Below, piece after piece: positions 9,834-19,775 of a stretch of DNA of 64,000 nt. Within the stretch, counting starts at the first letter, position 1. Each line of letters begins with the position of its first letter. A program made the translations under genes and the position numbers. The DNA comes from an uncultured Chloroflexia bacterium (GTDB lineage Bacteria > Chloroflexota > Anaerolineae > Anaerolineales > Anaerolineaceae), in contig OY969578.1 of assembly GCA_963701225.1 (NCBI GenBank), positions 1,496,871 through 1,560,870 on the forward strand, in the 5' to 3' direction. A model generated the notes under the pieces. It had not been told where the DNA came from and did not search any database. It saw nothing but the letters and a program-made list of their open reading frames with translations.

Positions 9834-10463
9834 ATGATAATCACCACTCGGATCAACAACGACATTACCCTGGACCAGACCATCCGCAATCGATATCAAT
9901 GGGTGATCACTGAGCTTCAGAAAAATGGTTTCACTTATTTGCTCTCTTACAGCGAAACCCAATTCCCATTCAGCCTGCTCCTCCTGACCCCCATTTATTT
10001 TATGATGCGCAATCATTCCGAAATCGTCAGGATCACCAGTCCCTTGCGGGTGACAGCTTACTATCCGCTCCTTGTCCACCACGAGACCGGTACCATTGCA
10101 TTGATCAACGGTTTGAATACCAAGTTCTACTCCCAGTTCATAGATGGTACCCTGATCATTTCGGTCAATTCTGAGACGAAAACCCTGAATGATGTGGAAA
10201 CCAGATTATTCAAAACCAGCTTCCCCGGCAGCGAAGTTACCGCCTGGGAGAAGCACCTGGAATGGATGAATACATTTTTGAAAGACGGAAAACACCCAAA
10301 TCTATCTGCAAGATTTGAAGAGTATTGCGCCATGTCAATCCGGGAGGAAAAAACGAGTATCTTGGATACACTTATTTTGATCGGGATCTGGGTCTTTATT
10401 CTCTTGGGATTTGGCAGAATCATATACTCCGTTTTAACCAGGATATTCAATCTATTTTTTTGA
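9834..10463 (+). CDS. hypothetical protein with a C-terminal TM anchor
   Basis: A 209-aa ORF in the low-GC segment with a C-terminal hydrophobic helix (LILIGIWVFILLGFGRIIY). I recognised no family. Confidence 0.4.
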   Translation: MIITTRINNDITLDQTIRNRYQWVITELQKNGFTYLLSYSETQFPFSLLLLTPIYFMMRNHSEIVRITSPLRVTAYYPLLVHHETGTIALINGLNTKFYSQFIDGTLIISVNSETKTLNDVETRLFKTSFPGSEVTAWEKHLEWMNTFLKDGKHPNLSARFEEYCAMSIREEKTSILDTLILIGIWVFILLGFGRIIYSVLTRIFNLFF

Positions 10464-10694
10464 TGATCGACAGGCTAAAAATTTGCAGCTCGCGGCTCGC
10501 TATAGCTCGATTGCATTTCCCATGAACCGAAAACAATATAAATCGATCAACATCAATTAATACTTGCATGTCGCTCGGGGTATACTCTACTTGATTTATC
10601 TGTTAATTTCTTTTACAACAAGATAATGGGCGATTATCTGTCAAGTGACAACTTGAGTTGATTTCAAAATGCTAAAATACTCTGGAGGGAACAA

Positions 10695-12221
10695 GTGGTA
10701 AATATGCAAATAGAAGATACATCAATCCTCGAGCTTGCATCGAAGATGACCTCGGGTGAAATCACTGCTCTCACCCTGACCGGGCAATATCTGGATCGAA
10801 TCGAAAAGATTGATCGATCGGGACCGTCCATTAATGCTGTCATCGAAATCAACCCGGATGCCCTGTCGATTGCCGAAAAACTGGACCAGGAGCGTGCGGC
10901 TGGAAAGATCAGGGGACCACTCCACGGTATCCCCATCCTACTTAAGGATAATCTGGATACACATGACCGCATGCAGACCACAGCCGGATCTCTGGCTCTG
11001 GAGGGCTCGATTGCAAGCCGGGATGCATTCCTGGTGAAGCGCTTGAGATCATCCGGTGCGATTATCCTGGGAAAGACGAACTTGAGTGAATGGGCCAACT
11101 TTCGAGGGAAACATTCGGTAAGCGGCTGGTCCAGTCGCGGTGGGCTTACCCGTAACCCTTATGTACTCGATCGCACTGCTTGCGGCTCTTCGTCCGGTTC
11201 AGCTGCAGCTGTGGCGGCTTCATTGTGTGCAGGCGCCTTTGGCACCGAGACGGATGGCTCGATCATCTGCCCATCACAAACTTGTGGTGTAATCGGTCTC
11301 AAACCCACCCTGGGTCTGATCAGCCGCAGCGGCATCATTCCGATCGCGCACAGCCAGGACACAGCCGGTCCGATCGGTCGAACGGTCGAGGATGTGGCTG
11401 TGCTTCTGGGCTGCGTGATGGGTACCGACCTGGAGGACCGTTCCACCCGTTTATCGCAGACGCGGGGATTAAACGACTATACAAAATGTCTCGTCAAGGA
11501 TGGGCTCAAAGGCGCCCGGATCGGCATTGCCAGGAATATGCTCGGCACAGACAAGCGGATCATCAAGATCCTTGAGTCGTCCATCGACCTCATGAAACAA
11601 ATGGGCGCGGTGATCATCGACCCGGCTGATCTCCCGAACTGGGATGATTTTGGTAAATCCGAGATTGAAGTCCTCTGCTTTGAATTCAAGGCGGATCTCA
11701 ACCGGTACCTCGGCACTCTTGGCCCACGCGCCAATGTCCATTCACTTGAGGAAGTGATCAAATTTAATGACGATAACAAGAGCCGTGTAATGCCGTACTT
11801 TGGTCAGGAGCGGATGCTTGCCGCCCAGGAAAAGGATTCACTTACTTCACGCAAGTACCGGGAAGCGCTAGCCCGCAACCACCGGCTCATGCGGCAGGAG
11901 GGCATCGATGCCTTGATGGCCGATAAACGGCTGGATGCCATCGTGGTTGTTTCTGGAGGTCCTGCCTGGACCATCGACCTTGCCAATGGTGATCCCAGTA
12001 GCTGGGATATGGAAAGCACCTCGCCGGCCGCTGTTGCCGGGTATCCTCATATTACCGTTCCGGCGGCCGAGATCTTCGGCCTGCCGGTCGGCATTTCCTT
12101 CTTTTCCAAAGCCTGGCGGGAACCGGAACTCCTTAAGCTTGCATACTCGTTCGAGCAGGCTCTGAAGGCACGGAAACCGCCACGCTTCCTGCAAACGGCA
12201 GATCTTGGCCTGTTGAAGTAG
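10695..12221 (+). CDS. amidase (amidase-signature family)
   Basis: Has LKDNLDT, the G/S-rich CGSSSGSAAAVAA segment and GTETDGSI. A GGAGGG RBS lies upstream. The start is GTG 10695 or ATG 10704. Confidence 0.85.
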   Translation: MVNMQIEDTSILELASKMTSGEITALTLTGQYLDRIEKIDRSGPSINAVIEINPDALSIAEKLDQERAAGKIRGPLHGIPILLKDNLDTHDRMQTTAGSLALEGSIASRDAFLVKRLRSSGAIILGKTNLSEWANFRGKHSVSGWSSRGGLTRNPYVLDRTACGSSSGSAAAVAASLCAGAFGTETDGSIICPSQTCGVIGLKPTLGLISRSGIIPIAHSQDTAGPIGRTVEDVAVLLGCVMGTDLEDRSTRLSQTRGLNDYTKCLVKDGLKGARIGIARNMLGTDKRIIKILESSIDLMKQMGAVIIDPADLPNWDDFGKSEIEVLCFEFKADLNRYLGTLGPRANVHSLEEVIKFNDDNKSRVMPYFGQERMLAAQEKDSLTSRKYREALARNHRLMRQEGIDALMADKRLDAIVVVSGGPAWTIDLANGDPSSWDMESTSPAAVAGYPHITVPAAEIFGLPVGISFFSKAWREPELLKLAYSFEQALKARKPPRFLQTADLGLLK

Positions 12222-12277
12222 AGGCATATCGACATCCCACCCGCCAGGAAGGAGTACAGCTGTGATAAAACTTTATC

Positions 12278-13370
12278 TGTACCCTAGTGAAACAGCCCTA
12301 ACATCGTGAATAACCAGTAAAATTATACAAGGAGATCACGATGGATGCAAAGTTACGAGTTGCACAGCACAAGTTGAGTGTTCTACAGTTGGCAGAGACT
12401 TTACGCAATGTCAGTGAAGCCTGTCGCCAGCGAGGAGTCTCGCGCACACAGTTTTACGAATACAAGCGCAGATTTCAAACACATGGAATCGAAGGCTTGA
12501 AAGATCTACCTCCGATCCCCAAATCCAATCCCCTGACGACACCCCCGGAACATGTGGATCGAATCCTGGCGATGAGCCTGGAGCATCCTACCTGGGGATG
12601 CAACAAGCTGAGCGACAGCCTATCTCTGGATGGAATTAGAATTAGTTATCCCACCATCCAGAATATCTTGAACAAGCATGAAATGGGAACTCGCTATGAA
12701 CGGTTGTTGAAGTTGGAGGAGCGCAGTTTGAACCAGGAGATTGAGCTGACACCTGCCCAAGTGGCCTGGATCGAGAAAGCCAACCCTTGCTTCAGGGAAC
12801 GGCATATCGAGAGCAACAAGCCGGGTGAGGTGCTTTCACAAGATACTTTTTATGTTGGCGTGCTCAAAGGTGTGGGGCGAGTTTACCTGCATACAGTGGT
12901 CGATACTTTTGGCAGCTATGCCTTTGGCTTCCTGCACACAACCAAACAGCCGGAAGCAGCTTTGGCAGTACTCCACAATGACGTCCTCCCCTTCTACCAG
13001 GACAAGGGGCTTAAGGTTGAATCTATCCTCACCGATAACGGGCGAGAGTTTTGTGGGAAAGATACTCATCCGTATGAGTTCTACTTGGAATTAAATGACA
13101 TCGAACACCGCAAGACCCAGGTTCGTCGACCTCAAACAAATGGTTTCGTCGAGCGTTTCAACCGGACGGTTCTGGATGAATTCTTTCGGATAGCGTTCCG
13201 GAAGAAATTGTACGAATCTGTCGAGGCACTACAAACTGATTTAGATACCTGGTTGGTCCATTACAACACAGAGCGACCACACCAGGGTTATCGCAACCGC
13301 GGTCGTAGACCGATAGAGACGATCGATATCTTTTTATCCCCCGATGTTAGGAATGAGTCCTAAGAGTACA
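12278..13370 (+). mobile_element. IS481-family insertion sequence (1093 bp)
   Basis: The ends are TGTACCCTAGTGAAACAGCCCTAACATCG (12278-12306) and its imperfect inverted copy at 13342-13370. That is 21/29 matches, including a perfect CCTAACATCG block. The element is flanked by the 7-bp direct repeat CTTTATC (12271-12277 and 13371-13377). Confidence 0.75.
12341..13363 (+). CDS. IS481-family DDE transposase (HTH plus rve integrase core)
   Basis: Has an N-terminal HTH (LSVLQLAETLRNVSEACRQRGVSRTQFYEYKRRF) and a DDE core (..HTVVDTFGSY.., LTDNGREF, YNTERPHQGY). A GGAG RBS lies upstream. Confidence 0.85.
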   Translation: MDAKLRVAQHKLSVLQLAETLRNVSEACRQRGVSRTQFYEYKRRFQTHGIEGLKDLPPIPKSNPLTTPPEHVDRILAMSLEHPTWGCNKLSDSLSLDGIRISYPTIQNILNKHEMGTRYERLLKLEERSLNQEIELTPAQVAWIEKANPCFRERHIESNKPGEVLSQDTFYVGVLKGVGRVYLHTVVDTFGSYAFGFLHTTKQPEAALAVLHNDVLPFYQDKGLKVESILTDNGREFCGKDTHPYEFYLELNDIEHRKTQVRRPQTNGFVERFNRTVLDEFFRIAFRKKLYESVEALQTDLDTWLVHYNTERPHQGYRNRGRRPIETIDIFLSPDVRNES

Positions 13371-13712
13371 CTTTATCTCACGATTGCGATTCTCATGATA
13401 GCTGTTACAGCGTGTTCTCAATCTACTCAAAAGGTGACTCCCAGATGGGTTGACCAGTAAATCGATGAATATCAAAGTAAACCGGTTGGAAATCCACCAC
13501 AATCGATCTGGCGCTACGAATACAAGAGCCAGGTTATGTACTTTGTTCCACAACAGTGCTGTGTTCTGTTCAGTACGTTTTATGATGCTGACGGAAATGA
13601 GATTTGTGCTCCAGATGGTGGTTTTACCGGAAAAGGTGATGGTCAATGGCCGGATTTCTTTACAGAAAGGACTGATGAGAAACTTGTGTGGAAGGACATG
13701 CAACCTCGCTAA
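13371..13712 (+). pseudogene. small Cys-rich lipoprotein gene, split by the IS and carrying an in-frame TAA
   Basis: Deleting the IS and one CTTTATC copy restores AAGGAG-N7-GTG(12262) ATA AAA CTT TAT CTC ACG.. = MIKLYLTIAILMIAVTAC, a lipobox signal peptide. An in-frame TAA lies at 13458-13460. The downstream part reads ..PQSIWRYEYKSQVMYFVPQQCCVLFSTFYDADGNEICAPDGGFTGKGDGQWPDFF.. and ends at TAA 13710-13712. Confidence 0.6.
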
Positions 13713-13928
13713 CCATTATTCTTGCTGGTCGTGCATGACCTCATGTTAAAAAGTGCAAGCTATGGCGATGAATTTACAGAAGCTGACCTGCCCCATCTGG
13801 TGGTATATGACAATTGGTTGGATGATTAACAAAACGCGTTGGTAAAATGGAATGGGAAGGTGAGACCTATTAATCCAAATGCGGAGTAGAATCGGTGTAT
13901 CAATAAGAAGGCTTGTCCTAGAGGTCAT

Positions 13929-16529
13929 ATGAAACCCTCCAGTATCTTTTCAGGTACTCATCGACGAAAGGGGCAACAGGCTACACAGGCGACTCCGCTG
14001 ACCTATTGGAGTCGCCCGGCCGAGCAACTACTTTCTGAACTGCATAGCACCCAGAAAGGTATCCAGCAAACACAGGCAGAAAACCGTATCAAGCAATATG
14101 GGCAGAACACACTCAAAGCTCAGCGGCGAGCTACGGCGCTGCAACTGTTCCTTTACCAGTTTAAAAGTCCTCTCGTTCTCATCCTCATCTTCGCCGCCAT
14201 TGTCTCTGCTTTCATGGGAGAGTGGATCGATGCCAGTATCGTGCTGGCTGTGGTGATCGGTAGTACGATGCTCGGGTTTGTTCAGGAATACCGGGCAGGC
14301 AATGCTGTCGAGAAACTTCGGTCACAGGTCACCATCAAATCGAGTGTGCTGCGCGATGGACAACCACGGATGTTACCCTCCGAACAAGTCGTGCCGGGAG
14401 ATGTGGTACTGCTCTCGGCAGGCAGCCTGATTCCCGCCGATGGTGTTGTATTGGAAGCAAATGACTTCTTTATTAACCAGGCTGTGCTTACCGGCGAGAC
14501 ATTTCCCGTGGAGAAGAAGGCGGGGATTGCCACAGCCAAAGCCAGCCTGGGGGAGCGCACTAATTGTGTCTTTATGGGCACGAGTGCGGGCAGCGGTTCA
14601 GCACGAGTATTGATCGTGCAGACCGGTAAAAGCACAATCTTTGGACAGATTGCCGAACGACTGAACCTGCGACCACCGGAAACGGAGTTTGAACGCGGAA
14701 TCGCGCGGTTTGGCCATATGCTGACACAGGTTATGCTGGTAATGGTAGTCATCGTCCTGGCCGTCAATATCTTCCTGGCCAAGCCGCCCATTGACTCGTT
14801 GCTTTTTGCGCTAGCCCTGGCGGTTGGGCTGACCCCGGAGTTACTGCCTGCCATTATCAGCATCACACTTTCTCATGGCGCACAGCAAATGGCCAAACGA
14901 GGCGTGATCGTGCGCCGGCTGAATGCGATTGAGAATTTTGGCAGCATAGACGTGTTATGTACCGACAAAACCGGCACCCTGACAGAAGGAGTCGTACGAC
15001 TCGATGGTGCATTGGACCCTGAAGGCAAAGCATCCACAACCGTATTGCGCAATTCCTATCTCAACGCACATTATCAAACTGGTCTGAACAATCCATTGGA
15101 TGAGGCGATTACCGCGTACGCCCAAAAGGCCAAGCTTGATATCAGCACCGAGCAGAAGGTGGATGAGATCCCCTATGACTTTGTGCGGAAGCGTCTGAGT
15201 GTGGTCATTGCCAACGCAAAGGGTGAACGCACCCTCATCACCAAAGGCGCATTGGATATCATTCTGAGTATCTCCAAGCAAGTACAGATTGGAGAGAAAA
15301 CGGTCCAATTGGACGATCAGAGACGAGCCGCGATTGAAAAACGTTTCAGCGACTGGAGCAGTCAGGGATTTCGCGTTCTGGGTGTGGCAACGAAACCCGT
15401 GGATAAACGAACTAAATCATATTCGCACGCAGATGAAAGCGATCTCATCTTCAATGGATTCCTGCTGTTCTTCGATCCACCAAAGGCTGATGTACAAAAA
15501 ACCATCGTTGACCTTGCCAAACTCGGAGTAAAACTTAAGATCATCACGGGCGATAACCAGAAAGTGGCACGGCACGTTGCTGAAGCGGTAAAACTTCCGG
15601 TCACAGGATTATTGACAGGAAGTGCGTTAAATGATCTGCGCGATGAGGCTCTCTGGCATGCGGCCGAGCTTACGACCATCTTTGCTGAAGTGGATCCAAA
15701 CCAAAAAGAGCGCATCATTCTCGCATTGCGTAAGACCGGGCATGTGGTCGGTTACATGGGCGACGGCATTAACGATGCACCGGCGCTGCACGCTGCCGAT
15801 GTCGGCATTTCAGTGGATACGGCCGTGGATGTGGCTAAAGATGCTGCTGACTTCGTGTTGCTCAAGCAAGATCTGGACATTTTACGAAAGGGTATCGCCG
15901 AAGGTCGCGTGACATTTGCCAACACGCTAAAATACATCCTCACCACCATCAGTGCCAACTTCGGCAATATGTTCAGTATGGCCGGGGCTTCGTTATTATT
16001 GCCATTTCTGCCTTTACTAGCGCCACAAATCCTGCTCAACAATTTCCTTTCCGATATTCCAGCTACAACTATCGCAAGTGACAATGTGGATCCAGAGTGG
16101 GTGGCAAAACCGCGCCGTTGGAATACCACTTTTATCCGTGACTATATGATTTTATTTGGTCTGGTCAGTTCGATTTTCGATTTTCTGACATTTGGGGCGT
16201 TACTCTTTCTATTCCGTGCTTCCCCTGAAGAATTTCGAACCGGATGGTTTATCGAGTCGCTCTTGACCGAACTTGTGATCGCACTTGTCGTTCGGACGCG
16301 CCATCTTTTCTTCCGCAGCCGCCCGGGGACACTTTTATTGGTGAGTACGATGGTCGTTACAGCTATTGCCCTGGTATTGCCCTACCTGCCCTTCGTGTCC
16401 GTGTTTGGTTTCATCCCGCTGCCGGTGCCTCTCATGTTGGCTATGATAGGATTGACAGCACTGTATGTTGTGGTCACCGAGATCGCCAAGAAGTTTTTCT
16501 ACTCGAAGATGGAAAATGTGATTGCTTAA
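13929..16529 (+). CDS. mgtA: magnesium-translocating P-type ATPase (MgtA-like)
   Basis: Has DKTGTLT, LTGETFPV, TGDN and GDGINDAPAL motifs, about 10 TM segments, and MgtA-like length and N-terminus. Confidence 0.85.
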   Translation: MKPSSIFSGTHRRKGQQATQATPLTYWSRPAEQLLSELHSTQKGIQQTQAENRIKQYGQNTLKAQRRATALQLFLYQFKSPLVLILIFAAIVSAFMGEWIDASIVLAVVIGSTMLGFVQEYRAGNAVEKLRSQVTIKSSVLRDGQPRMLPSEQVVPGDVVLLSAGSLIPADGVVLEANDFFINQAVLTGETFPVEKKAGIATAKASLGERTNCVFMGTSAGSGSARVLIVQTGKSTIFGQIAERLNLRPPETEFERGIARFGHMLTQVMLVMVVIVLAVNIFLAKPPIDSLLFALALAVGLTPELLPAIISITLSHGAQQMAKRGVIVRRLNAIENFGSIDVLCTDKTGTLTEGVVRLDGALDPEGKASTTVLRNSYLNAHYQTGLNNPLDEAITAYAQKAKLDISTEQKVDEIPYDFVRKRLSVVIANAKGERTLITKGALDIILSISKQVQIGEKTVQLDDQRRAAIEKRFSDWSSQGFRVLGVATKPVDKRTKSYSHADESDLIFNGFLLFFDPPKADVQKTIVDLAKLGVKLKIITGDNQKVARHVAEAVKLPVTGLLTGSALNDLRDEALWHAAELTTIFAEVDPNQKERIILALRKTGHVVGYMGDGINDAPALHAADVGISVDTAVDVAKDAADFVLLKQDLDILRKGIAEGRVTFANTLKYILTTISANFGNMFSMAGASLLLPFLPLLAPQILLNNFLSDIPATTIASDNVDPEWVAKPRRWNTTFIRDYMILFGLVSSIFDFLTFGALLFLFRASPEEFRTGWFIESLLTELVIALVVRTRHLFFRSRPGTLLLVSTMVVTAIALVLPYLPFVSVFGFIPLPVPLMLAMIGLTALYVVVTEIAKKFFYSKMENVIA

Positions 16530-16651
16530 TTAAGCTGCAGAGGTATTACAGAGTGTTGTCTTATCTTTCACCATCCTGATTTATCCCTGTGCTTCGTATC
16601 TTCTGGCCCGCGCGGGAGTCAGCCGGTGAAAAGTGTTAAGGAGAAACTTCC

Positions 16652-17347
16652 ATGACAGAGTCACTCAAGGCACCCTATCTACAAATGGTCGATAAGCGCG
16701 GTGACTATCAGGTTTGGATAGTTGATGGTGCATATATCCGCGGGCACATTGATGAAGAATTCACGAATTTTGGTCAACACTACCGGTATCCGTACATCCC
16801 TTTGAAAGAATTCTGGATTGACCATGAAGCTGAGCACGATGAGCGCGCATTCTTTATCGATCATCTGCTGGTAGAGTATGATCTCATGGCGAAAGGTGTA
16901 TCTTACATTGATGCGCTCACACAAGCTGACCGGATCGAGCGCAGAGAAAGGCGACGGGCAGGGGACATCCGCAAGGTAACGCATCAAGGGAAAGAGTTAC
17001 CGGATGCCAAAGTGGTTCACGAATCACTTTGGAAGAAACTGGAGAATGGTGTCAGTGTATGGATCGTTAATGGCCGTTTGGTGAGAAGCGCGTTCGATAT
17101 CGATTTCACCGCCGGAGGGCATGATCACGTTTATGAATTCGTACCGGCAAGTGAGGTCTGGATCGACGAAGCCATTGAGGAAAAGGAAAGGGGGTTCGTA
17201 TTGCTGCACGAACTGCACGAACGCAATCGTATGGCAGGTGGCATGCCATACAGTAAAGCCCATAACGAGTCCAGCCATCTGGAATACCGGTGTCGACACC
17301 ATCCGGATGAACTGCATGATGCTTTGGAGGCTGAGGGTTGGGCGTGA
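16652..17347 (+). CDS. hypothetical protein with an internal tandem duplication
   Basis: GGAG RBS upstream. The two ~100-aa halves align (VWIVDGAYIRGHIDEEFT..EFWIDHE.. with VWIVNGRLVRSAFDIDFT..EVWIDEA..). Confidence 0.6.
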   Translation: MTESLKAPYLQMVDKRGDYQVWIVDGAYIRGHIDEEFTNFGQHYRYPYIPLKEFWIDHEAEHDERAFFIDHLLVEYDLMAKGVSYIDALTQADRIERRERRRAGDIRKVTHQGKELPDAKVVHESLWKKLENGVSVWIVNGRLVRSAFDIDFTAGGHDHVYEFVPASEVWIDEAIEEKERGFVLLHELHERNRMAGGMPYSKAHNESSHLEYRCRHHPDELHDALEAEGWA

Positions 17348-17476
17348 GTCTAAGCGCACTTAATCTGCCTGGAGAGAGAGCCTTTGCCGCTGCCCTGACC
17401 CCTTTGAGATCAAAGCTTTTAGATGACATTGTTATTTTTTTTAGACTGGTGTAACAGGAAGAAAGGAGTAAAGATC

Positions 17477-19663
17477 ATGAAACGCTTTAGCTCAATCACC
17501 TTGTTCATTGGACCGGTTGTAACGATCGCAATTTTGCTGGGCGGGCTGCTGGGGAATATTGATCCCGTCACCGCTGGCGTATCGAGCACACAGAGTGACA
17601 TTGTCGGCCCGCCCGGAAGCGGGAAATTCGGCGATAGTGTGGCTGCTCTGCCCAACGGTAACATCGTCGTGACCGACCTCGCATACGATAACGGGTTGAC
17701 TGCTGATGTGGGGGCGGTATACCTGTATAATGGCGCAACGCGTGCGCTCATCAGCACGCTGACCGGCAGTACAGCCGGCGATCAGGTTGGTTCAGGCGGT
17801 GTCATCGTACTCACTAATGGGAATTATGTGGTGCGCAGTACTTTCTGGAATAGCGGAGAGGTTAATGCCGGTGCTGTGACGTGGGGGAGTGGCACGACTG
17901 GTGTTAACGGCACGGTAAATGAGACCAACAGCCTTGTTGGCAGCAAGACCAATGACTTCAGTAACTCGTACGTTACGGCGTTGACCAATGGAAACTATGT
18001 AGTATATACCCCCGATTGGGATAACGGTGGAGTGGTGGATGCCGGCGCAGCAACCTGGGGGAATGGCACGACAGGCATTACGGGAGTGATTGATGCGAGC
18101 AAAAGCCTGGTGGGCAGCACTGCTTATGATCATGTCGGTGATTATGTAGAACGACTTACCAATGGAAATTATGTCGTGTTCAGCCCAGATTGGAACGACA
18201 CTGTCTCGGTGGTGACAGATGCCGGTGCGGCGACATGGGGAAATGGATCGAGCGGTATTGCAGGGCTGGTCATCATAAGCAACAGCCTGGTGGGCAGTAA
18301 GTCTAACGATTTTTTCGATGGGTATGTGACGCCACTCACCAACGGAAATTATGTCGTGTGCAATTATGTCTGGGATGACGGTGGAACGGCAAATGTCGGA
18401 GCGGCGACCTGGGGGAATGGTGCAACGGGGATCGTCGGTTTAATTAACGTAAGCAACAGCCTGATTGGCAGCACGACCGACGATAAAGTCGGATTTGATG
18501 TTTATCCACTCACCAACGGGAACTATATCGTATTAACGAGTCGATGGGATAACGGCGGAACGGCAAATGTCGGGGCGGCGACCTGGGGGGATGGCACGTC
18601 CGGCACCTCGGGAACTGTTGGCACAGGCAACAGCCTGGTGGGCAGCATGGCTAATGATCAAGTCGGATGGGGGGTGAAAGCGCTGACCAACGGGAATTAT
18701 GTGGTTACCAGCCCGTATTGGGCTAATGGCAGTGCCACTGAAGCCGGGGCGGCAACGTGGGTCAGTGGAGCGGGTGTCACAACCGGGCCAGTTACCACGG
18801 GCAACAGCCTGGTGGGCGGGACGGCGCATGACAAGGTTGGTTATTATGGTGTTGCAGCCCTTACCAACGGTAACTATGTGGTGAACAGCCTGGATTGGGA
18901 TAGTGTCAGTGCCACGGATGTTGGTGCGGCGACGTGGGGAAACGGCATGGGTGGAACCATTGGCTTGATCAATGAGACCAACAGCCTGGTCGGAAGTTCT
19001 GCCGATGATAGGGTTGGTAATAGCACAAGAGCGCTCACTAACGGGAATTACGTGGTTCGCAGCCCTCAATGGAATAACGGTGTCGGTGCTGCAACCTGGG
19101 GAGATGGTACGACTGGCATTACCGATGTGGTCAGTGTGGCCAACAGTCTGGTAGGCGTTATAACCAATGATTGGGTAGGAAATAACGATATAAGAGCGCT
19201 CGCCAATGGGAACTACATTGTGATCAGCTCTAGTGTGGATAACGGCGGCTTAACGGATGTCGGGGCTGTGACGTGGGGGGATGGGACCAACGGTACTATT
19301 GGACAGGTCAGTTCAAGCAACAGCCTGATGGGTGGCACGACCAACGATCAAGTTGGTTCCAGTTTCTCAATGGTATTGGAGAATGGGGACTATGCGGTGG
19401 GGAGCCGCTTCTGGGACAATGCCGGCCTTGTAGATTCTGGCGCGGTGACCTGGGGGGATGGGACCACAGGTGTTACCGGGATGATCACTGCACAAAACAG
19501 TGTGCTTGGTACCTTTTTGAACGGTGGGTATTTACTAAACAGTAGATACGACTACACCAATGATCAGCTGGTTGTCGGCCGGCCGCTGGAGAACATTGTC
19601 ACCCTGTTCAGCCCATACACCTATGCATCCTTCCTACCCTTCATTCTCAGAAGTGCACCTTAA
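17477..19663 (+). CDS. secreted/anchored tandem-repeat protein (~11-12 repeats of ~55 aa, LTNGNYVV type)
   Basis: An AAAGGAG RBS lies 8 nt before ATG 17477, whereas the track ORF starts upstream at 17423. There is an N-terminal hydrophobic signal. The repeated unit is LTNGNYVV..(W)..GA(A/V)TWG(N/D)G..G..G.....NSLVG....D.VG. Confidence 0.7.
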   Translation: MKRFSSITLFIGPVVTIAILLGGLLGNIDPVTAGVSSTQSDIVGPPGSGKFGDSVAALPNGNIVVTDLAYDNGLTADVGAVYLYNGATRALISTLTGSTAGDQVGSGGVIVLTNGNYVVRSTFWNSGEVNAGAVTWGSGTTGVNGTVNETNSLVGSKTNDFSNSYVTALTNGNYVVYTPDWDNGGVVDAGAATWGNGTTGITGVIDASKSLVGSTAYDHVGDYVERLTNGNYVVFSPDWNDTVSVVTDAGAATWGNGSSGIAGLVIISNSLVGSKSNDFFDGYVTPLTNGNYVVCNYVWDDGGTANVGAATWGNGATGIVGLINVSNSLIGSTTDDKVGFDVYPLTNGNYIVLTSRWDNGGTANVGAATWGDGTSGTSGTVGTGNSLVGSMANDQVGWGVKALTNGNYVVTSPYWANGSATEAGAATWVSGAGVTTGPVTTGNSLVGGTAHDKVGYYGVAALTNGNYVVNSLDWDSVSATDVGAATWGNGMGGTIGLINETNSLVGSSADDRVGNSTRALTNGNYVVRSPQWNNGVGAATWGDGTTGITDVVSVANSLVGVITNDWVGNNDIRALANGNYIVISSSVDNGGLTDVGAVTWGDGTNGTIGQVSSSNSLMGGTTNDQVGSSFSMVLENGDYAVGSRFWDNAGLVDSGAVTWGDGTTGVTGMITAQNSVLGTFLNGGYLLNSRYDYTNDQLVVGRPLENIVTLFSPYTYASFLPFILRSAP

Positions 19664-19775
19664 AAAAGCAACCCTCAAACTGCCGAGGCTCATGAAAACC
19701 TGGAGATTTACAGTAGGATACGTTATCAGCATGTGGAATAAGTAAATTAAATAAATTACCTGGAGAGATGAGTAT

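Noticed and set aside
13713-13928. M-box (Mg2+) riboswitch or mgtL-like leader peptide upstream of mgtA
   Set aside because: Only a short AGGTGAGAC word resembles the M-box 5' end, and it lies ~70 nt from the start codon, too close to fit a ~160-nt aptamer. A 27-codon Trp-rich uORF (13762-13845) has no SD and no Pro-rich stalling motif.
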